DNA of 64,000 bases, taken from Tubulanus polymorphus. Taxonomy: Eukaryota > Animalia > Nemertea. How positions within the stretch are numbered: the first letter of the stretch is position 1; each line of letters opens with the position of its first letter. The translations under genes and the position numbers were made by a program. Shown piece after piece: positions 13,913 through 26,000 of the stretch. Under the pieces are notes generated by a model. The model worked only from the letters and a program-made list of their open reading frames with translations. It was not told where the DNA came from and made no database searches. The stretch lies in NCBI RefSeq assembly GCF_964204645.1, contig NC_134027.1, positions 8,588,485 through 8,652,484 of the forward strand, given 5' to 3'.

Positions 13913-14696
13913 TCTTCAACACGTATTCCAAATAACGGCTAGTTGTTTTATAACAACAAACAAATGTAAATAGCTGATTTTGTCGAGTTATGATGAGCAA
14001 TTAACCACTTCTGTAGTTTTGAATCGTAGCGCAAAACAAACATGGCCGACACATTCAGCCAATCAGCGATTGGCACCGCCAGACGTCGCCACCTCCTAAC
14101 GCGTAAAATACCTCATGCGGGTTTTCGGCGGATAATCTCCAACGTTACCTCCTCAACACTGGTGTCAGGTCCCTGTGCTTCCATCCCTAAACAGTTTTCA
14201 GAATCTTCAACAATTATTCCTCACCTGGGGAGAACTTTGACTTACTTGTCATTAACGAACAGAAACAGAAAGTCAATTTTCTTAATAATTTACAATTTAT
14301 TTTACAACAAAGTTTAACAAAAATCCCTATATACACTACATATACGCACACAGCCTAAGTGATCCATAGTGTCTGATCTGGTCAGTGTCGAAATTGTCCA
14401 CACCAAATTACTAAAATGACTAGAAAAAGTTCTCTAGATTACATTAATCGCACGCGCATACAGAACGTATTATAATTTGATTTCATGAACGCAATAACTC
14501 CAACAACAGAAAATCACGTTTCGGTCATTCTTCACTGATAAGAATTATGGGCATCTCGAACATATATCCAAAATAAATACATTTCATCGATTTGAAAACA
14601 CTCCATTCGTACAGATTTTTACATGATATTGATGTCTCGATTTGATATAGGTATCCGTAAGTGGTGAAATGAGATGGCGATATTTGCTTGTGGTAA

Positions 14697-16459
14697 TCAT
14701 CTACAGGTTGCGGGCGTTTCACATAGTATCACTGGCATGTTATAGTGTAGACATGGGTGCGGCAAATCAATGTATCCCTGCAACAGATGAAAATAGTAAG
14801 GCAGAAATGAGAACCATGATCAATGTGATGTATATACTGAAGCATTGTAGCCATGTGCTTTTTCAGTTGGCAGGCCAGTACGCAGTAAGCGGAACTTATT
14901 TGATGGTGAAGCAGGCAACAGCGAGCCCCATCGGTGTTGGTCCCTCCAAGAAAATTTTCAAAATTGGAAGCATTTCAGGCCAATGTTAGTGAAACTGCAC
15001 TTGCACAGAAACACTAATGTAATCTAATTATTTTTCTTTGAGAAAACATTGCAGAACTTGGGATCTTGTCAGGCAGTACATTTGTACTTCTGGTTGTGCA
15101 AGACCTCTATGCTGGTATCTACTGCAACCCTTGAAAGAGAGTTGGGGATGGGAAGTGTCAAAAAGTTTGTTACAGATTGTTACAAGGAAAGGCCCCGGGG
15201 TTTCTCGAAAATTCTTGAACAACCTTTTTGGAGTGTAATCAGGACAGGAGTGAAGTTAGTTGGACCATTTTCTAATGATAATGCTTTACTTAACTGGAAC
15301 TGTAAAACATATGCAATATCACAAATCTCATCAAGAATCCGAACGCTACAGGTCAGCCTCTACAGGACCCCATTCCAGCTGAGCCTTAGATACACTGTGA
15401 TAGCCTACACTGTGGCCAAAATTTGTTACCGCTGTTACAAGGGGTATCAAAATTTTCCCCAAAATGTTACATAATCTTTGAACGGTGCCTAGCCTTTTAA
15501 AATCATCTTGTGGGTTCACTACTGTCATATAACACTGAAGGAATAGCTGGGGTTTTTCATTAAAATGATCCAATTTCTCATTTTTCTTACCAAAGGCGTC
15601 AAATGATGCAAAATTCGTCGCATTGTTGTTCTAAATATTCCTTCTTCCTCTTCTTCATACATAACTTCTTCATAAAATTCATTTGCTAGGTCACCGTCTT
15701 CATCAATGTATAACGAACTGCAACAGAATTTAAAATCAACTTTTCAAAATTGGACTTTTCGCCAAGGTAGGCTTTATTCCAGTAATTGCTTTTTGGCCAA
15801 TAGCTTGTTCAACCTTACAGAGCCCCTAATTCAAAGAATTCCATAGGAACAGGGGAGTGGTCTTTTCCTAAATTTCTTTAGGTGCGCTCATAATTTTAGG
15901 ATAAAAAATTCTTTTTAAAAAATATGAATTTTTCCCTCATGACAGCCATCAAATAGCCTTGGAGTACACCAAAATTTCTTGCCATTTCAAAAGGTTCGCC
16001 ACGTTGGGGTGCCCCAAAATGTAAGTCAACAAGAGAGGGTCATTCGGACCTTTCAGGATATCTTTTATCTGTTTCGATGTCTCGATTTGTTTCCATGCAG
16101 CAGTAACTCAGCTTTTGCATTTTTCGGAAATCAGCAATATTCCCATTTTTTGTTTGAGATAGTGAACCAATAATTTGGGCAGTTTCCCATTAGCATTTCC
16201 ATTATTAAGGAAACTAGAAAACCGAGGTCTATATGTGTATTCCCCAGCAGTTCTGATATCTTGAAAACTGGGCTATGAAATTCGTATACCTTTTCCTTTT
16301 ATAAACAAATGGTGTGACAGCAGTACGCCAGTAGTAGGGGGCACCACCTGCACCAACATCCGATTGTTCATCGTCTTCCTGGCCACTATTCCCACCATAC
16401 CAATAATTGTAAAGGGGAGATACGACTTTTTTAGCAGCTCTTGACGACGCTTGACCCAT
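14697..16459 (-). CDS. TUSC2: Tumor suppressor candidate 2 (FUS1) homolog, 3 exons
   Basis: Exons 16459-16290, 15717-15591 and 14777-14697. Translation: MGQASS (N-myristoylation-type start)...AVTPFVYKRKSSLYIDEDGDLANEFYEE...LTPLGYIDLPHPCLHYNMPVILCE. This matches the TUSC2 signatures DEDGDLAHEFYEE and HPRIHVDFPVILYE. Confidence 0.93.
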
Positions 16460-16996
16460 TATCTTTTACATCAATGAGCTTATCTCTGCATAAACTAGAT
16501 TTTAGCTGAATAAAAATGAAAATTCGATGATAAAGGCGGCCATATTTACTTACTAGTTATAATGATTAAAATGTTGAATGCAACAATAATAATTCGTGTT
16601 TATGGGTTCGAATCCGGTTATATTTGGCTCCAATATCTGAAGCCGTTGCGTGAATACATGTGCGCGGAGTCTTGATTTGAAATTGTATACAAAGTATACA
16701 TTTCTGTGATTGACAGTCTCACTCTTGTATTCCGTCGAGTATGTATCAATTTATACGTTATGAGCAAAGTCTTAAACAAGCATTAAATCAGTCAGAAATC
16801 AACCAAAATGCTAGGCCTGCCCTGGATTTGGGGAGAGCCTAAATTCCCAAAAATAGAATTAGAATAGTGTATACTGTATTCTTCACAGGTCATCTCTGTT
16901 AATATCCGACTGCTTTTATTGTGATTTGACCACCTTAAATGAGTTTCAAACATGAGTAATTTGAAATGAGCAATTTCATCTTTCGGTATTTTTCAG
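16460..16996. promoter_or_regulatory. Putative bidirectional promoter region between TUSC2 and POLR1G
   Basis: Divergent start codons lie only ~540 bp apart (16459 on -, 17003 on +). A YY1-like AATATGGCCGCC is on the minus strand at ~16535-16546. An acceptor TTTTTCAG at 16996 implies a 5'UTR intron in the + gene. Confidence 0.55.
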
Positions 16997-17002
16997 GTAA
17001 TA

Positions 17003-20000
17003 ATGAATGACTTCCAAGGATTTAGTCCCCTCCGTACGCCTATTAGTGTTAGGCCTACTTCCGACAAAAAGAAAAAGAAATCAAGAAAGAAGTCTGTAGC
17101 AAATGTCTCGCCGATATTCAACAAGCAAGGCGATGTTCACCTCAGTGAAGTTGAGAACACTAGTCTCACAGAGGCGAGCAGGACGAAAAAGCAGACGAAA
17201 TTGAAACTAGTGCGGCCAGAGAAAGTGACTGAGTTCAAATTACTATCGTCATCTGATGAAGAGGATACAAACGTGAATGATGATTTAACAGCGATAGCTG
17301 ACTCGGTGACTGCGCGTATGAAAAGTGCTTCAAAGAAGAGTAAGAAATTGAAAAATAGTCAGGAGCAGGCCCCAGTCATTAGTGCTGGAAAAATAAAACT
17401 AGAATCTGTGACAAAACGTACACCAGTGAAACAGAAAATTTTGTCGCCAATAAAAAAGCCAGCACCGGTACCGGTATACAAACCAGTGAGTTCGTCAGAA
17501 TCAGAATCTAGTGAAGGCGAAGCCGACCTCAGTATTTCAAAAGACATAATCAATCATAAAAAAGCGTCACCCATTAAGTCATCGTCGGCGCAAGAACCGG
17601 TTAAAGTTTCTTTGGATAAGTCACCCCAAAAAAGTAAATCGTCGTTGGAAAAACCTACTTCTCAGACAGCCGCGATCGAATCAGATTCGGGAAGTTCTAG
17701 CAGTTCAGAAGATGAAGGTGAAAAGGAACCACCAAAAAAATCTGTTAACCTGGTTAAATCAAATTCGAACACTGTTGCCTCGCCAAAAAAGACTGGATTC
17801 GTTAAGCCTGTAGTACCTCTTTCCGAATCGGAGACAAGTTCAAATGAAGATGACTTACCCCCAAAAGGGCAGGAACTTCCTGCCGCAAAACTGATAATAC
17901 CGAAGAAAGTTGCCTCAAAACCGATGAATGTTATGGAATCGGATTCTAGTTCAGACGAAGAAGAGCCTAAAAATCCCGCATCAACAACATCAGTTAAGCA
18001 GTTGTCCCCGAAGAAAGTTGCGTCTACAAGCCTGAATAATGGTGCTTCACCGAAAAAGGCTGAATTCCAAAAATCAAAAGAACCTGTTATGGAATCAGAA
18101 TCAAGTAAACTGGCATCATCACCAGTAAAACAGATGTCACCGAAGAAAGCTGCGAATGCAAATTCAATGAATGTATCTTCACCAAGGAAGGCTGTTATCC
18201 AAAAATCGAAGGACACGATGACACCGAAAAAAACTTACAAATCCAAAGAAATTTTATCGGAATCAGATTCCGACTCTGATGATGCAGCCCCATCGAAAAT
18301 ACCAACGCCTGCTGCGACTATTCAGGATTCAAGGTTTCGTGACTCGAGGGATGGAAGCAGTGACAGCGATGACTCAGACAAAAATGATACTGCACCGGAA
18401 AACCAATCAACGTTGAAACGTGGCGGGGACATGTCGCCTTCGAAATCTCCATCGAAGAAATTAAAATCGTCATTGATTGATGAAGACGACATCCATATTA
18501 CGCATCCATTGACGCAGTTAGATCCTAAAACTAAGTACGTCTATGTTCAGACTGTAGGCTAAACAAAACTGATACCTTGTTTCTCCTAATCAGCGGCGTA
18601 AATAGTAAACTGCGATAAGATTTTTAATCAGTTTGTTTCTGTAAGTGCTGGGTCAGTTTAAGTTAGCTTGGTCATGATTTAGAAAAAAGTTGTGTTTCTG
18701 GGTATATAGGTGGCTGGCCGGGTCTTTTAGGCTCAGCAGAAACAAGGTATTAATTTTCTTAAGCCTTATTCTGAATTTAATTTGCAATGTTTGCTGTGAA
18801 ATATCCTTCAGTGTTCATTGTTGAACTTAGTAAACCCTTGTTGGGTGTAGCGCCTGATTTGAAATCAAACTGAAGCTGATTCTGTTTGTAGAATGGGATG
18901 CTTCCCTTAATGACCAATTAATTTCTTCCTTGTGTTGCTAAGTTGACTTACCGTCAAATTGATTTTGTTAGCCATGAACACCTTAAAGACCGTGAAGACA
19001 TTACAAATATACTTTTAATTTTCCCTGTAACTGTGATATCCCTGCGGATAGGTAATGTTCTAATAATCATTCATTTATTGATTGCGTTATGTTATTCAGG
19101 TATGACTGTCCAGACGATTTTGAGAGTTTGTCAGAAAAATCTGATATACTAACTGTTGAAAATATGGATGAGCATTCTGATTTATGGCTGATACGAGTTC
19201 CCATTAATGTAAGTATTAGCTGTTAAATTCATCACGCTTTTTCAATTTTCGTTGTGTTTATTTTTAATTGATAAACAATAAACTGGATTTGAACTTAGGC
19301 TCAGTTTTGGCTAACTTAATTGAAAATGAGTCAAGCTCTGGGTTAAAGATAATATACGTCAATAAAACTGGGCCCTAGAGTTTAAATTCGAACAACCCCA
19401 TCAGTGCATGTAGCGATTTTCTATCTTACTGATATACCAGTTTGCAATTGTTTTTTAGTTCGATATCAAAGCATTAGACAATGTCTCCTTATCCACCGGA
19501 AAAACAATTACCCTCGAAGTAAGTATTTGATAACGTAATGAAAAAACCGTTAAATGAATACAGTAAACCTTGCATAAGTCGGATCGAAGTCGGAAAATCC
19601 ATTTACAGAAATTAATTCTCAAGGCGTAGTTTTCGGATAAAGTTTGGAAATCTGACTTATTCTGTCGGAAGATTTTTCTTGGTCCCAAAAGATCTGACTT
19701 ATGCAAGGTTTACTGTAATCAATTCCGATACACGCTAATCGATTTTAAACACTGCTTTTTCAAACTGCAAAAATTATGCTTTCATTCGAACATTTCAGAA
19801 CAGCGGAGAATTTGAGGCAAATAAAATGCGAGGGGCTGTGGTACGTTGAACTAGATTGTTTAAATGGATTGTTTAATCATAGAACTTGAGTTTATGAGTT
19901 GAGAATTTAATGAACTAGATTGTTTAAATTTGTCATGTGAAATATGAATTATTGATGTTTCGAAATTTCTGTATGAAAATCAACTCTTAACATGCAATAT

Positions 20001-21319
20001 ATGAATGTTTTATTTTTAATTAGCCTACTCATCTAAATCATGGCTATGAAAATTTTAAGCATAGTTACCGAACGAACTCATTCGATTTATTTTCTCATTT
20101 TAGAACTCAACGTTGCTTTTACCAAGTGGCAAACATTCCAAGCAATTAAAACCTGGTACGCTTTGATTTGTAGTGATTGAAATATTTGAAATTTGTTGAT
20201 CTCTTTCTCTGTTTACTAGAACCCATGTAGTTTTTCCTTGTTGACAGTGCATCAATTCAAAGGAATCATTTCTATTACGGAGAAGATAGATGTTCCGGAG
20301 GCCAAACTTCCGAAGGTGAAGCCGAAAATGTGTTATGATATTCCAGCCGGATTGAAACAGCGCCACGTTGCATTTGGATCAGGTGTGTATTTGCAATAGA
20401 TTTCGGTTTCGTAATTTCAGCCAGTACTGATTAACATTGCCATGATTCATTATCTTATTTATCTGTATCCATAGATAAACCAACTAAGACGCCTGATCAA
20501 CCAGTGAAAAAACGTAAAAGGGCTTCAACATCTGCAGGTTAGTATGTGAAATACAGTTGGAACTTGAAAAATTCTGTTTAAATTGAAACCTTCTTATTAC
20601 AATGATTTCCAGCATGTGAGATATTTATGTCAATCAAGATTTGGATAATACGAAACCTGTTTTCTTTGTTGGTTAGATGGTGCAGGTTGGAACTAGATGA
20701 ATGTTGGCATTTGCCATTGAGATCAGTAGAGACATGTAGTATGTCTGAATATTTGCTAGGTTGATAATGATTTTTAATCTCTAGCTGAAGGAGCAAGTAC
20801 GACTCTGCCTGAAAAGCATGCTAAAGTAGAGATAACTCATAAGACGACCAAGCCCAAACCGACTCCTGTAGCTGATCAAGAAAAAGCAAAAAAGAAGAAA
20901 AGAAAAGATAAAGAAGATAAGAATAAACATAAAGTAGAAAAGCAGAAAGAAAGTAAAGGAGAAAAGAAGCAGAAGGACAAAAATAAGGATGAGAATGAGA
21001 AAGCTGCTAAGATTAAGGAGAGAGATATGCTGGAAGCTAATGCTGCGGATTCACAAGGTAGTGTGTTGTCTTAAATGTGTATTTTGTGTTTGGATGCTAG
21101 GGCTTCACGAATGGAATTGAAGTCTTAACTCAGATGAAGCATGATGAATATATTGTACCATAGTAGATGCTAGCGACATTGACACTAGTGCCAATACCTC
21201 GTTCATGAGACTGATCTAAGAAAATTACCATATTCAAATTTTGATGTTTCTCTCTTATTACCTTTGCAGAGAAGAAAACGGATAAAAAGAAAAAGAAGAA
21301 GAAAAAGAAGGCGGAATAA
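17003..21319 (+). CDS. POLR1G: RNA polymerase I subunit RPA34/PAF49 (CD3EAP) homolog with long low-complexity Ser/Lys/Pro N-terminal extension (~771 aa, 9 exons)
   Basis: Exons 17003-18534, 19100-19208, 19459-19518, 19799-19840, 20104-20155, 20248-20382, 20475-20537, 20785-21057 and 21270-21319 total 2316 nt in frame. Motifs KYDCPDDF, DLWLIRVPINFD and IPAGLKQRHVAFG resemble PAF49 RFSCPPNF, ELWLIQAPADF and IPPGLRPRFCAFG. The C-terminal tail is Lys-rich. Confidence 0.8.
18557..18765. mobile_element. MITE family A copy (Harbinger-like)
   Basis: GGCTAAACAAAACTGATACCTTGTTTCT...AGAAACAAGGTATTAATTTTCTTAAGCC|TTA. Homologous to the 25943-26154 copy in opposite orientation. Confidence 0.7.
19561..19715. 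mobile_element. Tc1/mariner-type MITE
   Basis: TA|CAGTAAACCTTGCATAAGTCGGATC...GATCTGACTTATGCAAGGTTTACTG|TA: ~25-bp terminal inverted repeats, CAGT termini and a TA target-site duplication. Confidence 0.85.
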
Positions 21320-23079
21320 ACATCGAAAGGTTGATATTTATTTTTCATTTAGTTCATATAATATATTCTCTCTATTTCATGAATAACTGCACTGCGGACA
21401 GAACAGACAGAACCCGACAGAAATGTGTAAAAATACAATTCTTTTTTATCCACATACATTGAAAGCCATCAATTTTGCAGGAAGTTCTTGCGCCTCATAG
21501 ACCTGTCTGAGCTAGGATTTGGATTTTCCAGACTGTGAAAATCATTTGCTCTTAATTACATCATCTCATCGAAAATTTATGTGCTGTGTGTTGTGGTTAA
21601 ACGGTCCAGGATTTTATGACCAGCAATCTCAATTGATTCCATCCTAGGTTAGATAAGGCCTGATAAGATTTGTAAATGCATCAAATTAGCTTCCTCCATT
21701 TGAATTGACTTGAACAGGACAGTAACACTTGCAAAGTATACAAATATATAAATTCATCACTTTAACTTTACGAACGCAAACGTACAATGCACATTACATA
21801 GTATAAAATCTATTTGAAAGCATAACTAAATTAAAATTTTTCGTAAGCAGATATTTGAAACTAATAGCCATTTTCATTGTATATCAAATATACCGTAACA
21901 GTACCCTCCGCTCTCAAGTAGGATCTCTCGAATCCTATTCAATTTGGCCAAATTCCTGTTTGAATCTTAAACCAATTTTCAATGAAAATTTTCCTGTAGA
22001 CTTGATAAATATAAAATTATGGTAATAAAATTATTGCCTGGACAATTTGATGCCTTCATCATGCATCCAATTTCGATGATATTGTAGTTTTCATATCGAA
22101 ATTTAAGGAAATACACTTATTCATTCCATGGCATACAGTTTATTTCCTAGTAGGCATTTGCGAATTGTTAGCGTGTCTCAAGCCGGATATTTTGTACGGT
22201 ATGTACAAATGACCATCGAATAAACGCAGTGTGAATCGCTAATTTAATTTCTACTAGGAAATACATGTATATATAAGAAAATTCTTTTAAAGTAGTCCTT
22301 GATATAATTTGGTAAATAATCTGACTAGATCGGGTCTGACTTTTTAGCAGTCTACCGTAATATGCACAGTATGAAAATTTAAGGTTACACCAACTTACAA
22401 GCGATACATTGAATGTATCCGCTTATTGCCCTGATTTCTTTGAGAAAATGAAGAATGCGAAGAATAAAGTAATTTTACTAGAATTACTGATAAAGATTTT
22501 GATAAAATATATACCTGTAGTCTGAAGAAGGGAATTATTTTTAGGAAACTTGTTTAAGGGATACCTACTGTATACATTTGCATATGGTTACATTTCCTCC
22601 TGTCTGGGTTTGAATGGTGTAAAAGGCTTAGAATAATTCCGTTCCTTTCCCTTGAGATTGAGGTTCCTTTTGAGCCTTTACAGATGGTGGAAGGTAGAGG
22701 TTTTCAAAATGTGGTTTACTAATTATTCATAGCAGCAAGCCCGCTTCCCTCAGTATATTTTATTTTATCAGGGGCTGATCTAGGGGGTGGTCCCAGGGTT
22801 GGGACTCCTGTCCTCCAACTGAGGTTGCCCTTATCGTCAAGCTAGAGGTCGTTCTGCAAATTTGACACTAATCTTTTTGGAAATTGCACATTTTCAGATG
22901 TATTTCTTCACGAATATCTAACACCGGGAGAGGGTTCCGGCTAATTAGCCTATGAAAATGCCTCTTCTTATCTGGACCCTGGCCTACCAATTTTTCTAGG
23001 TGCGGCCCTGCTTATGACAAAAGCTGCGTCATATGGAAAGAGTCAGGTCATTTGAAGGAGATCATTGAGTTCCTATATT

Positions 23080-26000
23080 TCATTGATGATTTTGACACGC
23101 ATCTTTTTGCTTGACTTTGTCCACATAGTCTTGAAGCTCTTTGACGCACCTTTGTCCGATATCTCTGAGGTTTTCGCGCAGACTATATTCTATGCTTTCC
23201 TCCAGTCTCGAGTCTTTGCTGACAAGCATTTTCACTACGGTCGCAAACGTTTCGCAATCCTGTTTATAGGCCTGTTTGAAATCGAAAAGATGCTTGTAAG
23301 TGACTGTAGAAAGAACTTTTTCTGAAATTTCATGTGATGATTGTGTTGGATTCGAATTGGTTTGAGATCATTTGAATAATTTCATTTGAATGCAACCGAA
23401 AGAATTCGAATTCATCGCTACTTTTCTATATTTATTTTGAATCATTTCTTTCTTACTGTACCTTTTCGATTTGACGTTTTTTCATCATGATGGATTGCAA
23501 GCCTTCCTCGGATACTGTTTTCGCGTTACCGTTGACATACGGGATTGTTTTCGTGGTGACAGTTTCTCGTTTTTGGTGCTGCAAACCGTTTTCAGCTTAT
23601 AAAAGAAGAATAGGTTCTTAAAACGATTGGAAAGATTCTTAAAAAGAAAGTGCTTGGTCCTTTCCTTTCCGGGGTCGGAGCTGTGTTTGTGTTCATTCCT
23701 TGCACTTACCTGGTTTTGCCGTATCTTTAGGAATGTTGAGATTATGAGACAAGGCGCTGCTCGATTTTGAGTCATTAGTTTCACTAACAGTTACGCCATT
23801 TACGCGAACCGAATCCTTTTCGTTTCCATTAATTTCGAAAGATTGCCGATCACCGCTTTTTGCCGCAGGTACTATTTCGGCTGCACAACTCGCGCTGGTA
23901 ACTCGTTGCCATGGCGACAAAGAAATCTCGGATGATTTGTTGCTTGCAGCCACAATGGGAAGAGACGTTTGTCGTTGAGATCGTTCATCGCTGTGACAAC
24001 GCTCAGTCGACGCGGTTGTAACCGGCTGTTTGCTGTTGTTGCTCGAAGTTTCGGTCGTCAAGTCCAACTTGATATTATCGCTGAGACAATTCGAACTCGA
24101 CGACTCAAGCGAATCGTCGCTCAAGATTTCCGTATTGTACGCCATCGCTATATTGTTGTTATCGGCGAGTCGAGCTGTCGTTGGACTCGCGTCGAAGCTG
24201 CGTTGACCGGACGATAGAGGACTAGTAACGGTGCTGCCCTGCTGCGTCTGACTGCGATAGTTCTCGATGATCTTGTACAAGTCGATGTTGTTGTCGACTT
24301 GTTTCGCGTTGTTGTCCGCGTCGTCGTTGCCGGTTGTAGGTTTCGTCACGACGGTCGATGTCGACGCGACGAGCTTTCCGTTATTGTCTGGTTTATCGCC
24401 GCTGCGAGTACCGCCGCTGCTGGTACGGTGGCGGTGGTGGTGGTGGTGGTATCGCGATGATTGCGGACATCGTGGCGAATGCGTACGGCGCTCGTGGTAG
24501 CGACCGCTTCGATGCGTCGGCGACAACGTCGTCCTTCTGCTGCCGTACGACGGCGACTGCCGCGATGACGACGACTGGCAATTTCGCGATTCTCTTGTCG
24601 ATGAAGATGACGACCTCGGCGAACTCGTTCTGCTATGTGAATCGCTTCTGAAATATTACAATGAGCGCCTAGTTTTTCAGTATTAGTTCATTTGAGTGAA
24701 CACCATCTGTTTCAGGAATAGCAATTACTGTCTGATGCAGTTAAAACCAGAGAATGGCCATTTGTAACAAGGTCCCTACAACTCCTTGATTCCTTAAAAA
24801 CTCCTTATAAACAGAAATTGCTTTTAAAAGTGCTTGAAACTCCTCTAATTTGAGCTAAATGTCCAAAACTCCCCAAGAAATCCTTCAATTTTGAGAAATA
24901 GGTGTCTAGAAATATTTGTCTAGTTAGTAGTTGTACGGTAAACTACACTTTAATCGGTACACTCGGGACCATGCTTTGTTTTTACCCAATTAGGTGTTTA
25001 CCAAATTAGAAACCGAGTTTAAGTAATGTTAAGGGAAAAGATTTGTTTACAAGACAACAGAATTAATGGTTTACCAAGATAAATAGTACCGATTAAGAAG
25101 GAGTCTTCTGTAATTGGGAAATGGAAGTGATGCACTTCTCGAAATTTGAAATGTTCTCATTTAAAACACCTTGAAAACTACTTATACCTGTATCCTGGAA
25201 TGGCTGATCTGTAGGGACCCTGTGTTAGTTCGGCTCTTTTGATTGATTGATTGATATTTTATTTACATAGAACATATACAATAATACAGAGACAAGAATT
25301 ATTAAATACATAATGAAAATACTAATTTAATACATTAAGTAGGAGATGGTTCTATGAAGGACTGACCCAAAGCCTCAAGGCTGTATCGCAAATGCGAGGG
25401 CCATACCTTTATTAAGGGATGATAATGATGATAAGATATGGATGGATGGGTGAATGGATGGAGTGATATGGAAATTAATTGGATGAATTAGATATACATG
25501 TATAGCATTATTCTTTGACTGGACTTCTAGACCTCAGTCGCTTACCCTGGTTCTTTCTTGATTCTGTCCGCCGTGCTGCTACTGCTGCTGCCTTCGCTTT
25601 CCTTCTTGATCGCTTTTTCGTCGGATCGTCCTCTCTTTGAGAAAAAGGAGAATAATCAGTTTCGTTTTCGGTGATATGTCGGCTTTTGAATATTTATCGG
25701 CTGAATTCGTTAAGATACTTGAATGTCGATGACTCAAAGCACACAATGAAAATCGATGATTGTGCATGTGTGAATATATTATTCAAACAGATTTAAGAAC
25801 ACTACACCTGCACAAGCCGGATAATTACCGGGATACATTTGAATGTTTCTAGTAATAGGCTCTAAAAGGCCTTCCTTCAGATTGCGAGAACAATACAGTG
25901 GTGATTATATTGTATGTATAACATGAATTGAAGGAATATTTAGGCTAAAGAAATGGATACCTTATTTCTCATTTCTGCTGAGCTTAAAAGTTGACCTTCC

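Noticed and set aside
15028-15573. Overlapping ORFs inside TUSC2 intron 2
   Set aside because: No homology was recognised, and TUSC2 is complete with three exons.
17359-18216. Minus-strand ORFs of 64 and 184 aa
   Set aside because: These are antisense shadows of the Ser/Lys-rich POLR1G exon; the Phe-rich translation mirrors Lys/Glu codons.
23969-24651. Several short ORFs with poly-G, poly-P or poly-W
   Set aside because: These are alternate frames of the periphilin His-tract exon.
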